A stretch of 64,000 nucleotides of DNA from Nitrospinales bacterium. Its GTDB lineage: Bacteria; Nitrospinota; Nitrospinia; Nitrospinales; VA-1. Location of the stretch: contig CBDCWG010000012.1 in assembly GCA_965223345.1 (NCBI GenBank), forward strand, positions 800,001 to 864,000. The letters are read 5' to 3'. Position numbers and translations under genes: made by a program. This document shows positions 39,454 through 50,059 of the stretch, piece by piece (within the stretch, counting starts at the first letter, position 1; the number at the start of each line of letters is the position of its first letter). The notes below the pieces were generated by a model, which saw only the letters and a program-made list of their open reading frames with translations, made no database searches and was not told where the DNA came from.

Positions 39454-41898
39454 AGAGTCTTTGGTTTCTTCCGCCGCAGGCGGGGCCGGCGTTTCCTGAG
39501 GCGGCGCGCTCGGCGGGGCTTTCTCGGGCTGGGGATGGGCCCAGCGCTTGAGGGCTTCCTCGACCTGGGTGCGTTGGGGATGGTTGACTTCCTTTAACAG
39601 CGTCAATGCTTTTTTGCCGCATTGCTCCGCCTTGTCCGTCTTTTCCGATTTTTCCAGCGCCTGGCTCAGGCTCCAAAGGGTTTCCCCTTCTTTTCTGCGG
39701 TTGCCGAGGTTTTGAAACAGGTTCGCGGCCTGTTCGAAACACTCGACCGCCTCACCGAGTTTTTCCCACACCAGATTGGCTTCGCCCATCTGCACTTTCA
39801 GCTGCGCTTCCGAGGCGGGTTCTCCTTTTTCAGCCGCCAAAGCGAGGCCGGACTCGTAAAAAGAGATCGCTTTCTGTGGCTTGCCGGTCTTCATCTGTGC
39901 GTCGCCCAGGTGCTGGTACAGGCGGATCTCCCCGGATTTGTCGCCGATCTTGCGGACCAGCTTGAGGGCTTCCTGAAACGATTCGATGGCGCTGTCGTGG
40001 TCTTTCAGGATGGTGTGCAGTTCCCCCAGATCGCCGAGCACACGTCCCTGGCGGCGGGGGTCTTCGGATTCGCGCGCCAGGGACAACTCTTCGTGGTAGT
40101 ACTCCAGCGCTTTCAGGTTTTCTCCGACCTGGTGGTAAATCTGCCCCAGCCTTTGCAGCACGTTTTCCTGGTTTTTCTTGTCGTCCGATTCCTGGATCAG
40201 GGACAGCTCCTTCTCCAGCAGTTCGATGGCCTGGTGCGGTTTGCCCAGCGCCTGATAGGTCAGTCCCAGATGCCCGAGGGCTTCCCGTTCGCCCATCGTG
40301 TCCTCGGCTTCCCGGTATCGCGTCATCGCTTCTTCGAGCGATTCCAGAGCGCGCTGGTGCTGGGTGAGTTTGTTGTATTGCCGGCCGATCTCCAGCAGAT
40401 ACCGGGTTTCCGCTTCGCCGTCCCCCTGCCGTTTGGCCGATTCCAGCGCGGCTTCGAACCAGCGGATGCACAGCGTGGGCGGATGCCGCACGACCAGAAT
40501 CGGCAGTCCCGCTTCGGTGAACGAGAGGCAGAGTTTGTCCGCCTCCGAGTCTTTCTGGCTGAATTCCTCCGCCCAGGCCTGCCCGGCCTGAATGTTTTCC
40601 CATTCCATGTCGAACAGCCGGAGACCGCGGATGCGTTCCTTGCCGCCCGTGTCGAACAGGTCCCTCGCGGTCAGGAGCAGGGTCAAATAGTACGTGGCCA
40701 GCCGTTTGCGCGCCAGGATCATGGCCGATTTGTTCACACGCGGCAGCAGGAATTTTCGTACCTGATCGTGCAGGAAATAGCGATTGGTTTCCTTGTCGGT
40801 CATGATGAGACCGTTCAGCAGCAGGTAGCCCAGTTGCTCGTTGTTTTTATCCTCGCAGACGAATGCCTCGGCTTTGGAATCGAAGCGGTCGAGAAACAGC
40901 GTGATCTTCTGCAACACGGCGGCGGTCGGTTCGTCGAGTTTCTGGTAGCTGATTTTGATGACCGCGTCGATGGGGGATTTCGTCTTTTTAGCGGGAGCGT
41001 CTTTGGGGCCTTTGATTTCGCGGCGCAGGCTTTCGAGGTAGGCCTCGGTGTCCGAATGCGGATGGGCCGAGATGTACCGCGCCGCGAGGATGAGGCCCAG
41101 AGGCTGGTTTTCGCACAGTTTGGCGATTTCACCGCCCCAGTAGCCGATCCGCACGGAAATCCCCTGAATGAGGAGGTTGGAATCGTCGGGACTGAGAGGC
41201 CCGGGTTTGCGGGATTCGACGCCGGATAGCTGCAAAGCTTCGTTGCTTGTAAAAATAAGTCCGCAATGCTTCGGCGGGACCAGCTTCTTCACAGCGTCGG
41301 TGTTGGGTACGTTGTCCAGCAACAGCGCGATCTTTTTGTTTTTGAGCACGATTTTGTAAAGCCGCACCAGTTCCTGATCGTTCACCGGCAGGATCTCGGT
41401 GGGCCGGTACAGATGAATGAGGCGGGCCATCACGTCGCGGGGAGCAAGCGGATTCGCGGTCGTCCCGCGCATGTCGAAATACAGCTGATCGTCGCGGAAC
41501 TTGGTGAACAGGGTGCGAACGAAAGCCAGAGCCAACGCGGTTTTCCCGCTGCCGGCCGGACCGCAGAGACCGACCCGCAGTGGTGCGCTTTTGACCAGGG
41601 TGTTCAATTCCCGCAGAATATTTTTTCTGCCGATGAAGTCTTCCTGGAAGACCGGGAGCTTGTGCAAATCTTCCACTTGAAGACGATCGCCCACCGCTTT
41701 TTTCATGGCGCGCTCGAGTTCTTTTTTTCCCTGCGCGCTGGCTTCCGATTCGATGGTGGAGAACGAACTCTCTTCATTCGAACCGGAAGATTCCGCATCC
41801 TGGTTTCCCTTGCTTTCACCGGAACCGGAAGACAAAACGAATTTGGCGGCCACCGCGATCGCGATGGCAAACAATAAGATCAGTGCGATTGTTGTCAC
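39442..41898 (-). CDS. Membrane-anchored NB-ARC/STAND-like NTPase with C-terminal TPR array
   Basis: N-terminal TM, FIGR...L, Walker A GPAGSGKT, Walker B LLLDNV, PLGL (GxP-like), LHD, about 7 TPRs. Confidence 0.85.
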   Translation of the reverse strand: MTTIALILLFAIAIAVAAKFVLSSGSGESKGNQDAESSGSNEESSFSTIESEASAQGKKELERAMKKAVGDRLQVEDLHKLPVFQEDFIGRKNILRELNTLVKSAPLRVGLCGPAGSGKTALALAFVRTLFTKFRDDQLYFDMRGTTANPLAPRDVMARLIHLYRPTEILPVNDQELVRLYKIVLKNKKIALLLDNVPNTDAVKKLVPPKHCGLIFTSNEALQLSGVESRKPGPLSPDDSNLLIQGISVRIGYWGGEIAKLCENQPLGLILAARYISAHPHSDTEAYLESLRREIKGPKDAPAKKTKSPIDAVIKISYQKLDEPTAAVLQKITLFLDRFDSKAEAFVCEDKNNEQLGYLLLNGLIMTDKETNRYFLHDQVRKFLLPRVNKSAMILARKRLATYYLTLLLTARDLFDTGGKERIRGLRLFDMEWENIQAGQAWAEEFSQKDSEADKLCLSFTEAGLPILVVRHPPTLCIRWFEAALESAKRQGDGEAETRYLLEIGRQYNKLTQHQRALESLEEAMTRYREAEDTMGEREALGHLGLTYQALGKPHQAIELLEKELSLIQESDDKKNQENVLQRLGQIYHQVGENLKALEYYHEELSLARESEDPRRQGRVLGDLGELHTILKDHDSAIESFQEALKLVRKIGDKSGEIRLYQHLGDAQMKTGKPQKAISFYESGLALAAEKGEPASEAQLKVQMGEANLVWEKLGEAVECFEQAANLFQNLGNRRKEGETLWSLSQALEKSEKTDKAEQCGKKALTLLKEVNHPQRTQVEEALKRWAHPQPEKAPPSAPPQETPAPPAAEETKDSSAG

Positions 41899-42191
41899 GA
41901 CGGTGTGATCCCCGAGATCAATGCTTTGGGAAAGGTGGACTCAAACAAAGCCCAGATGATGGCGGCTCGACTGCGGTCGCCCGGTAGCGGACGCAAATAT
42001 CATTATACCTTAGAAATCGTCTGTTAAATACGGAAGCGGGAAAATACCCTGCCGCGGGGCCGGTTGACTTTGCAGGGTGGGTTTGTTATATCCCCCTTTC
42101 TATAAGAGCTTATCTTTCCGGTTCCTCTTTGCTGACCCGGTCCCCAACCTTTTCAGCCCTCCGTCCGATCGTCCGGAGGCGGTGATGTCTC

Positions 42192-44264
42192 ATGCCCGAA
42201 TTTTTTCTGGAAATTGGCGCGGAGGAAATTCCCGCAGGCTATATCGAGCCCGCTTTGAATTTTCTCAACGAGCAACTGACCGCATTTTTTTCGAAGAATC
42301 GAATTCAGCAGAAAGAAGCCCGAGTCCTCGGCACGCCGCGCCGGCTGGTCGTGGTGTTTTCGGGAGTGGACGCGAGGCAGGAGGATGTGGTGGAAACCCA
42401 CCTGGGTCCCAATGTCAAGGCGGCCTACGATGCGGAGGGGCAGCCGACCAAGGCGGCTTTGGGGTTCGCACGCGGAAAAGGCATCGATGTGGCCCAGCTC
42501 ACCCGCGAAAAGACGCCGAAGGGCGAGGTGATCTGCGCCCGCGTGGAAAAAAAGGGGCAGGCCACAGAGACGATCCTCAACGCCGCGCTGCCCGGATTCA
42601 TCGAGCGCATTCCCTTTCCCAAAAAAATGCGCTGGTCGGACAAGTCCCTGCCGTTTGCCCGGCCGATCCACTGGATCGTCGCGCTGTTCGACGGGAAAGT
42701 CCTGAACTTTGAGTTCGACGGCCTCGCATGCGGCAACCGTTCCCGCGGTCATCGTTTTCTCAAGCCCGATGCTTTTGAGGTGAGCTCTTTCGATTCGTAT
42801 CTGAAAGCCAGCGAAGCACATTGTCTGCAGGTCGATCCGAACGAACGAAAAAAACGCATCCGCGATCAGGTGCACGCCCTGGCGCAAGAGGTCGGGGGAG
42901 CGGTGGAGGAAGACGCCGCGCTGCTCGATGTGGTGACGCAGCTCGTCGAGTATCCCGTCGCCCTGCGCGGCAATTTCGACCGCAAGTATCTGGAGCTGCC
43001 CAAGGAACTGCTGGAAGTGACGATGAAACACCACCAGAAATATTTCCCTCTCGTGGATGCAGACGGCAAGCTGATGCCACATTTCATCACCATCAGCAAC
43101 ATGAAAGCCGACAATCCCGAAGCCATCCAGCGAGGCAACGAACGGGTGTTGCGGGCGCGGCTGGAAGACGCGCGTTTTTTCTTTGAGGAAGACCGCAAGC
43201 GCAAGCTGGATGAATTCGTGGATGAGCTCAAGGGCGTGGTGTTCCAGAAAGCACTCGGCACCTCGTTTGAGAAAGTGACTCGCTTTACCGAGTTGTCGAA
43301 AAAGCTGGCGCAAACGGTGTGTCCGGCCAGGGAAGCCCAGGCCGCGCGCTGCGCGTTGCTGTGCAAGGCCGATCTGGTGAGCCAGATGGTGTATGAGTTC
43401 CCCGAGCTGCAGGGCATCATGGGAGGCTACTACGCGGAACTTTCCGGTGAAGATGCGGAGGTGGCCGCCGGTATCAAGGAACATTACCGCCCCGCTTTTG
43501 CCGGCGATCGCCTGCCGGAAACCGATGCGGGCGCGCTGGTGGCGGTAGCCGACAAGCTCGACACCATCCTGGGCTGCATCGGCGTCGGGCTGCTGCCTTC
43601 GGGGTCGGAGGACCCGTATGGCCTGCGCCGCCATTCGCTGGGGATCATTCAGATCGTGCTGGACAAGGGCTGGCAGTTTTCCCTGAACGAATTGATCGAT
43701 GCGGGCATCGAGGTGCTCAAAGAGAAAATCAAGCTCAAGCCCGATGCGATCCGCGCGCACACGCTGGATCTGTTTTCGTTGCGCTACAAGACGCTTCTCA
43801 ACGACGAAGGCTATCCGTACGATGCGATCGACGCGGTTTTGTCCACCGGAATCGATTCGCTGCTGGATGTGAGACAGAAAGTCGCCGCGTTTTCGGATTT
43901 GAAAAAGCAGCCGTACTTCGAGCCGCTCGCCATCGCTTTCCGCCGTGTGGTCAGCATCCTGAACGAGGAGGCGCCGGGCGAGGTGGACACGCAGCTGCTG
44001 AAAGAATCCGCCGAGAAAGAGCTGTACGATCAGTATCTGAAGATCAAGGATCCGGTCCGCGACCACATCCGCAACAGGGAGTTTGCGCAGGCGCTGGCGC
44101 GGATCGTCGAGATCAAGGGAGCGGTCGATGGTTTCTTCGACGATGTGATGGTCATGGTCAAGGAAGACGCGCTGCGGAAAAACCGGCTGCACCTTTTATT
44201 CGGGATTTCCCTGCTGTTTTCTGAACTGGCTGATTTCTCAAAGATTGTCCTCAAAAAAGGTTGA
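42192..44264 (+). CDS. glyS: Glycine-tRNA ligase beta subunit
   Basis: LEIGAEEIPA, TPRRL, KMRW, RPIHWI, GNERVLRARL, EFPELQGIMG, SGSEDPYGLRR. Confidence 0.97.
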   Translation: MPEFFLEIGAEEIPAGYIEPALNFLNEQLTAFFSKNRIQQKEARVLGTPRRLVVVFSGVDARQEDVVETHLGPNVKAAYDAEGQPTKAALGFARGKGIDVAQLTREKTPKGEVICARVEKKGQATETILNAALPGFIERIPFPKKMRWSDKSLPFARPIHWIVALFDGKVLNFEFDGLACGNRSRGHRFLKPDAFEVSSFDSYLKASEAHCLQVDPNERKKRIRDQVHALAQEVGGAVEEDAALLDVVTQLVEYPVALRGNFDRKYLELPKELLEVTMKHHQKYFPLVDADGKLMPHFITISNMKADNPEAIQRGNERVLRARLEDARFFFEEDRKRKLDEFVDELKGVVFQKALGTSFEKVTRFTELSKKLAQTVCPAREAQAARCALLCKADLVSQMVYEFPELQGIMGGYYAELSGEDAEVAAGIKEHYRPAFAGDRLPETDAGALVAVADKLDTILGCIGVGLLPSGSEDPYGLRRHSLGIIQIVLDKGWQFSLNELIDAGIEVLKEKIKLKPDAIRAHTLDLFSLRYKTLLNDEGYPYDAIDAVLSTGIDSLLDVRQKVAAFSDLKKQPYFEPLAIAFRRVVSILNEEAPGEVDTQLLKESAEKELYDQYLKIKDPVRDHIRNREFAQALARIVEIKGAVDGFFDDVMVMVKEDALRKNRLHLLFGISLLFSELADFSKIVLKKG

Positions 44265-44365
44265 AAAGCCTCGAGGCATCGGATAACCTAGCTCGCGATC
44301 CCGTTGGGCAGAATTGACCTAAACCCTTTGTTTTTGGGGTATTCCAATACTTATTGTTGAGCCTC

Positions 44366-46993
44366 ATGGAAAAGAAGTACGTCTACTTCTTCGGTAACGA
44401 CGGTACCGAAGGCAAAGCGGAAATGAAGGATCTTTTGGGAGGCAAAGGCGCCAATCTCGCAGAAATGGCGGCTTTGGGCATTCGCGTCCCCCCCGGCTTC
44501 ACCATTTCCACCGAAGCGTGCATCCAGTATTTCGCCCAGGGGAACCGCATCCCCGAGAACGTATGGCAAGAAGTCCTGAGTCATCTCAAGAAACTCGAGA
44601 AGACTCTGGAGAAAAAGTTCGGCGACCGCACGAACCCCCTGCTCGTGTCCGTGCGCTCCGGAGCCCGGGTGTCGATGCCGGGCATGATGGACACGGTGCT
44701 CAACCTGGGCCTCAATGAAGATTCGGTGCACGCGCTTTCCGAGCAAACCCAGGATCTGCGTTTCGCGCTGGACTGCTACCGCCGGTTCATCACCATGTTC
44801 GCGGATGTGGTTCTGGGAATCGAAGCGGAAAAATTCGAGACCGTGCTCTCCAAGAAAAAAGAGCAGCGGAATATCCAGGTCGATACGGAACTGACCGTCG
44901 CCGACCTGAAATCGATCATCCGGCAATACAAGACGCTGGTTCAGAAAAATTACGGCGAAGCGTTCCCCACCGATCCGATGGTTCAGCTCGAGATGGCGGT
45001 GCAGGCGGTGTTCAAATCCTGGAACACGCCGCGGGCCATCACCTACCGGAAACTCAACCGCATTCCGCACGACTGGGGCACCGCCGTGACCGTTCAGGCG
45101 ATGGTGTTCGGCAACATGGGTGACACCTCGGCGACAGGCGTGGCGTTCACCCGCAATCCGGCCACCGGCGAAAAGAAATTTTACGGCGAGTACATGGTCA
45201 ACGCGCAGGGCGAGGATGTGGTCGCGGGCATCCGCACTCCCAATCCGATCTCCCGGCTGGAAAAGGAAATGCCCGAGGTTTACCGGGACCTGGAAACGGT
45301 GTATCAAAAGCTGGAAAATCATTACCGGGACATGCAGGATCTGGAATTCACCATCGAAAACAAAAACCTGTATCTGTTGCAGACGCGTTCCGGAAAACGC
45401 ACGGCCGAATCGGCGATCAAGATCGCCATGGACATGGTGAGCGAGGGGCTGATCAGCAAGCACGAAGCGTTGATGCGGGTGCAGGCGGACCAGCTGGACC
45501 AGATTTTCCACCCCATGATCGATCCCAAAGCCGAGATCAAGGTGTTGGCGAAAGGGCTCGGGGCTTCGCCCGGCGCGGCTTCGGGTAAGGTGGTGTTCAC
45601 GCCGGAACACGCGCAGTCGATGGCGGAAAAAAAGGAACGGGTCATTCTGGTTCGTTCGGAGACCTCTCCGGAAGACATTCACGGCATGAGCGTTTCCCAG
45701 GGAATCCTGACGGCCAAGGGCGGGATGACCTCGCACGCTGCGGTGGTGGCGCGGGCGATGGGCAAACCCTGTGTTTCCGGCTGCTCGGAATTGAATGTGG
45801 AGCCGAAAAAAAAGCGCTGCACGTTGAACGGCGTGCAGCTCAATGAACTGGACGCCGTCACGCTGGATGGCACCACCGGCAAAGTGATCCTGGGCGCCGT
45901 TCCCTTGAGCCAGCCGAAACTGACCAGCAATTTCACGCGCCTGATGAACTGGGCCGGGGAGGTCCGGGCGCTCGACATCCGCGCCAACGCGGACACGCCG
46001 CACGACGCGATCGTGGCGCGGGAGTTCGGCGCGCAGGGAATCGGCCTGTGCCGCACGGAACACATGTTTTTTGACGAGGAGCGGATTCTCCTGATGCGCA
46101 AGATGATCATCTCGGAGGATTCGAAGAAGCGCACCGAGGCGCTCAAGAAACTGCTGCCGATTCAACGCAACGACTTCACCGAGATCTTCAAGGTCATGGA
46201 GGGGCTGCCGGTGACGATCCGTCTGCTGGATCCGCCGTTGCACGAGTTTCTCCCCAATTCCGCGAAGGAAGTCAAAAGCCTGGCCGGGAAAATGAAGGTG
46301 TCCCAGACTTCCCTCAACAAAAAAATCGAATCGATGAAGGAAGTCAATCCCATGCTGGGGCTGCGCGGCTGCCGGCTGGGCATCGTTTTCCCGGATATTT
46401 ACCGGATGCAGGCGCGCGCGATTGCCGAGGCGGCGTGCAAGCTGACGCAAAAGGGGATCGAGGTTTTTCCGGAGATCATGATCCCGCTTGTGGGGCATGT
46501 CAACGAATTCAAGATTGTCCGGGCTTCGATCGAAGAAGTGGTGCAAAACGTGATCGAAAAAGCGGGGGTGGAACTGTCTTATAAAATCGGCACGATGATC
46601 GAGCTGCCGCGGGCGGCGCTCACTGCGGATGAAATCGGCAAGGAAGCGGACTTTTTCTCCTTCGGGACCAACGACCTCACGCAGACCGGCCTGGGATTGA
46701 GCCGGGACGATGCGGGCAGTTTTCTTTCCACGTATGTGGATCAGGGCGTGTTCGGCGAAGACCCGTTTGTCTCCATCGACCGGGACGGGCTGGGGAAACT
46801 GGTGCGGATGGGGGCGCAGCAGGGCCGCTCCGCCAATAAGGAGCTGCATCTCGGCGTGTGCGGCGAGCACGGCGGCGACCCCGCTTCGATCGACTTTTTC
46901 CACACCCTGGGGCTGGATTACGTCAGTTGTTCGCCCTTCCGCGTTCCCACCGCCATTCTGGCCGCAGCCCAGGCGGCCATCCGAAACCGTTGA
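44366..46993 (+). CDS. ppdK: Pyruvate, phosphate dikinase
   Basis: LLGGKGANLAEM, SVRSGARVSMPGMMDT, GGMTSHAAVVAR, GLCRTEHMF, SFGTNDLTQ, CGEHGG. Confidence 0.97.
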   Translation: MEKKYVYFFGNDGTEGKAEMKDLLGGKGANLAEMAALGIRVPPGFTISTEACIQYFAQGNRIPENVWQEVLSHLKKLEKTLEKKFGDRTNPLLVSVRSGARVSMPGMMDTVLNLGLNEDSVHALSEQTQDLRFALDCYRRFITMFADVVLGIEAEKFETVLSKKKEQRNIQVDTELTVADLKSIIRQYKTLVQKNYGEAFPTDPMVQLEMAVQAVFKSWNTPRAITYRKLNRIPHDWGTAVTVQAMVFGNMGDTSATGVAFTRNPATGEKKFYGEYMVNAQGEDVVAGIRTPNPISRLEKEMPEVYRDLETVYQKLENHYRDMQDLEFTIENKNLYLLQTRSGKRTAESAIKIAMDMVSEGLISKHEALMRVQADQLDQIFHPMIDPKAEIKVLAKGLGASPGAASGKVVFTPEHAQSMAEKKERVILVRSETSPEDIHGMSVSQGILTAKGGMTSHAAVVARAMGKPCVSGCSELNVEPKKKRCTLNGVQLNELDAVTLDGTTGKVILGAVPLSQPKLTSNFTRLMNWAGEVRALDIRANADTPHDAIVAREFGAQGIGLCRTEHMFFDEERILLMRKMIISEDSKKRTEALKKLLPIQRNDFTEIFKVMEGLPVTIRLLDPPLHEFLPNSAKEVKSLAGKMKVSQTSLNKKIESMKEVNPMLGLRGCRLGIVFPDIYRMQARAIAEAACKLTQKGIEVFPEIMIPLVGHVNEFKIVRASIEEVVQNVIEKAGVELSYKIGTMIELPRAALTADEIGKEADFFSFGTNDLTQTGLGLSRDDAGSFLSTYVDQGVFGEDPFVSIDRDGLGKLVRMGAQQGRSANKELHLGVCGEHGGDPASIDFFHTLGLDYVSCSPFRVPTAILAAAQAAIRNR

Positions 46994-47259
46994 CCGCTTT
47001 TCCCGAACATTGCAACCGGCTCCCGGCTCTTGAGCACGCAGATCGTTGCGTTTCGCCTGCCGAACAAAATGGTGGTTGACTTCACCGGCCGGGGTTTCGA
47101 TAATGTGAAATTCTACGTTTCATTTCAAAAAGATCGCTTCCCGTTTTCCAGAGACCGGCGCCGTCCGGACCGCACGGGGCGGCGAGAGGAATCATACAGG
47201 ATTGAAGGCATGGGCGGCTGCGGCCGGGAGGCCCATCCCGATTTTTACGAGAGTTCGAA

Positions 47260-48198
47260 ATGAATATTGCGCTCACCGGGATCACCGGTATGGTGGGTTC
47301 CCATTTGATCAAACGACTTGCCGAAAGCGACGGCAACGGGCAAAAACCCAATGTCCGGGCTCTGATCCGCGAAGGCAGTGTCGTTGAACATCTGAAGCCT
47401 TTTGAAGACGTGGACTATGTCCTCGGCGGGCTTGAAGACAAGGAGTCCCTCAAGAATCTGGTTGAAGACGCCGACTGTGTGGTGCACCTCGCGCATTTTC
47501 CCGGCCCCGTGCAGACGGCGGACGAGTTGGTGCGGGTGAACGTCAACGGCACGCTGGACCTTCTGGAAGAAGCGAAAAAGGCCAAGGTGAAGCAGTTCAT
47601 TTTCATGAGTGCGTGCACGATTTTCGGCGAAGTGCTTCCCGGCATCGACGAGGCCCACCCGATGGATGAAAGCCACCCGGTGCGGCCGAGCAGCCTGTAC
47701 GGGGCGATCAAGGCTTCGCTGGAAAACTTCTGTTTCTGCTATTACAAAAGCCGCGCGTTCGATATCGCCATTGTGCGGCCGGTCACGATTTACGGTGTGC
47801 GGCCGCAACTGGAAAAATCAGAGTGGTTTCAGACGATCGACTACCTTGCCACCAACTACAATGTGGATGTGAAGGGCAGCACCAAATACGTGTCCGTCGA
47901 TTCGGTCTGCCAGGCCCTGGAAAAACTGATCGGCAATGCAGACGCGGCCGGGAAGATCTATCATCTGGTGGACGGACACATCCACAACCTGGAGCTGGGA
48001 AAGATGATCGCCGACACGATCGAATCCTTCGGCGAGGTGGAAGGCATCATGGGAGAAAAAGGGGTGCCCATGTCCAACCAGGCGGCGAAGGATCTGGGCG
48101 TGGAGTTTAAAGGCAAGGAAGGAATCACCGAATACATCAAGCTCCTGCACGATCTGCAGATGAAGTATGGTGGCGAACGCAGTATCGAAAACTGGTGA
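47260..48198 (+). CDS. NAD-dependent epimerase/dehydratase (extended SDR)
   Basis: TGITGMVGSHL, VVHLA, NVNGT, YGAIK, RPVTIYG. Confidence 0.88.
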   Translation: MNIALTGITGMVGSHLIKRLAESDGNGQKPNVRALIREGSVVEHLKPFEDVDYVLGGLEDKESLKNLVEDADCVVHLAHFPGPVQTADELVRVNVNGTLDLLEEAKKAKVKQFIFMSACTIFGEVLPGIDEAHPMDESHPVRPSSLYGAIKASLENFCFCYYKSRAFDIAIVRPVTIYGVRPQLEKSEWFQTIDYLATNYNVDVKGSTKYVSVDSVCQALEKLIGNADAAGKIYHLVDGHIHNLELGKMIADTIESFGEVEGIMGEKGVPMSNQAAKDLGVEFKGKEGITEYIKLLHDLQMKYGGERSIENW

Positions 48199-48216
48199 GT
48201 GGTCTCCCAACCGTCT

Positions 48217-48714
48217 ATGATTTCATCCAAAGGATTTGTCGAACGATTGTCCGCAGAAGGGTTTCATTTTTATGCGGGCGTGCCCTGCTCCCTGCTGTCC
48301 GGACTGATCTCCTGTCTGGAAGAAACGCCGCAGATTTCCTACATGCCCGCCGTGCGCGAGGATGCGGCGGTCGGGCTCTGCGCCGGCGCCTACATGGCGG
48401 GAACTCTGCCGGTGCTGCTGATGCAGAACTCGGGGCTGGGCTACAGCCTCAACGCCTTCACTTCGTTGAACCTCATCTATAAAATTCCCACGCTGGTGAT
48501 CATGAGCTGGCGCGGCTTCGGCGGCAAGGACGCTCCCGAGCACATCATCATGGGAGCCATCAATGAAGACCTTTTGAAAACCGCCGGCATGCAATACAGC
48601 GTTCTCACGGCGGAAAACTGCGACGAAGCTCTGGATAAGGCGCTCGCCTGCATCAAAAAAGAGCTGCCCTACACACTTCTGGTCAAGAAAGGCCTGTTCG
48701 ATGAAAAGCACTGA
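48217..48714 (+). CDS. ThDP-dependent sulfopyruvate/phosphonopyruvate decarboxylase, alpha subunit
   Basis: GVPCSLL, REDAAVGLCAGAY, MQNSGLG, WRG...DAPEH..MG. Confidence 0.85.
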   Translation: MISSKGFVERLSAEGFHFYAGVPCSLLSGLISCLEETPQISYMPAVREDAAVGLCAGAYMAGTLPVLLMQNSGLGYSLNAFTSLNLIYKIPTLVIMSWRGFGGKDAPEHIIMGAINEDLLKTAGMQYSVLTAENCDEALDKALACIKKELPYTLLVKKGLFDEKH

Positions 48715-49258
48715 GGCCTACGAAACGATCCTGCCGCTGCTCGACGGCGCACCCGTGGTGCATGCGAACGGCTACATCTGCCGGGAGTCCTTCAGCATCG
48801 AGGACCGCGAAGCGAATTTTTACATGATCGGCTCGATGGGACTGGCCTCGTCCATCGGTCTGGGAGTGGCGCTTTGCAAACCGGACCGCAAAGTCGTGGT
48901 GTTCGACGGGGACGGGAATGTCCTGATGTCGATGGGCACCCTCGCCATGATCGCCGCGGCGGCGCCCAAAAATCTGGTGCACGTGGTGTTCGACAACCAA
49001 GTCTACGAATCGACGGGATGTCAGCGGTCGCTGTCCAGGGCGATTTCCCTGGAGAAAGTGGCGGAAAGCTCCGGATACGCACAGGCGGTCAAGGTGACCG
49101 AAAAGGAGGAACTCGGCCCGGCGTTTCAGAGACTGATGCAGGCGGAAGGGCCGGTGTTTTTGTTGATCAAAGTGGATCCGGGTTTTGATTCCTCCACGGG
49201 ACGGGTGACCCACACCCCTGAAGAAATCAAAACCCGGTTCATGAACACGCTGAAATGA
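48701..49258 (+). CDS. ThDP-dependent sulfopyruvate/phosphonopyruvate decarboxylase, beta subunit
   Basis: NFYMIGSMGLASSIGLG, DGDGNVLM, DNQVYESTG.Q; overlaps the alpha gene. Confidence 0.85.
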   Translation: MKSTEAYETILPLLDGAPVVHANGYICRESFSIEDREANFYMIGSMGLASSIGLGVALCKPDRKVVVFDGDGNVLMSMGTLAMIAAAAPKNLVHVVFDNQVYESTGCQRSLSRAISLEKVAESSGYAQAVKVTEKEELGPAFQRLMQAEGPVFLLIKVDPGFDSSTGRVTHTPEEIKTRFMNTLK

Positions 49259-49279
49259 CGGCGTGGACCTTTTGCGGAT

Positions 49280-49513
49280 TCAGACCGCGAGGTCCACTTG
49301 ATTGCCGGTCTGCGATTCGCCTGTAGGCAGAGGCGTGCTGTTGTTGCCGGACTCCGAAGACGTTTCCACAGGCGGCAGAGGGCTCGTCTGGGACGCTTCG
49401 CTGCTTTGAGCCGTCGAGGAAGCGCCGGCTTCACCGGTGTTTGCGGGACGCGCGCTGTTGTTTTCGATGGGTTTGGGTGTGGCGGTCGGTTGCGTTGAAT
49501 TCGTGACTTCCAT
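49280..49513 (-). CDS. Small disordered protein with a C-terminal GxxVD motif (motility-associated YjfB-like tail)
   Basis: S/T/P-rich, ends TGNQVDLAV; 7 bp downstream of flaG. Confidence 0.55.
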   Translation of the reverse strand: MEVTNSTQPTATPKPIENNSARPANTGEAGASSTAQSSEASQTSPLPPVETSSESGNNSTPLPTGESQTGNQVDLAV

Positions 49514-49520
49514 GATCTCT

Positions 49521-49916
49521 TTAGATATTTAAATCGGGTGAATTATTCCCGGACAGGTCTTCCACGACCGTCCGAATCCCTTCTTTCAGCTTCAGTTCTT
49601 CTTCGGAAGGGATCTGTTTTACGACTTCCTGAGTCTGGGTGTCGAGGATTTTCACAACGACGTCGTTGTCCTCAGTGATCGTGAACTTGCGGCTTCGATC
49701 GAACGCTTCATCGGCGGACTCGGCCGAAGGCGCCGGTTTCTGGGACACTTCAAGTTTTTCGCGGCCCGTAGGAGACACGGAGACCGTGTCGCTTGAGGAT
49801 GAGGAATCCGGCTTCGAAGACGGAGCGGTTGGGCTGTCTGACTGCGGTGCCGTCCGCCGCGAACCCTGGGTTCGGATTTCGGGTTTCTCGGATGAAGTGA
49901 TGGGTTGACTGTCCAT
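49521..49916 (-). CDS. flaG: FlaG-family flagellar protein
   Basis: F.I.EDNDVVVKILDTQTQEVVKQIPSEE FlaG core. Confidence 0.8.
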   Translation of the reverse strand: MDSQPITSSEKPEIRTQGSRRTAPQSDSPTAPSSKPDSSSSSDTVSVSPTGREKLEVSQKPAPSAESADEAFDRSRKFTITEDNDVVVKILDTQTQEVVKQIPSEEELKLKEGIRTVVEDLSGNNSPDLNI

Positions 49917-50059
49917 GATCTTTTTTCTCAAAATTCGTGGTGAATTTTAAATTCGCTCTTTTTCATTGCCCCGGCAGTAACACGCGGTTTTTCATAACTT
50001 TTTGTATTTATTAGCTTTATTCGCCTTCCGGGTCAAATGGCAAAAAGCTCTCGGTCTTA

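Noticed and set aside
44351..46903. 850-aa antisense ORF (likewise 33059-35275, 42153-44192, 51985-53760, 55516-57438, 39622-41229)
   Set aside because: Shadow ORFs opposite well-supported genes, expected from GC-rich codon bias; no protein motifs.
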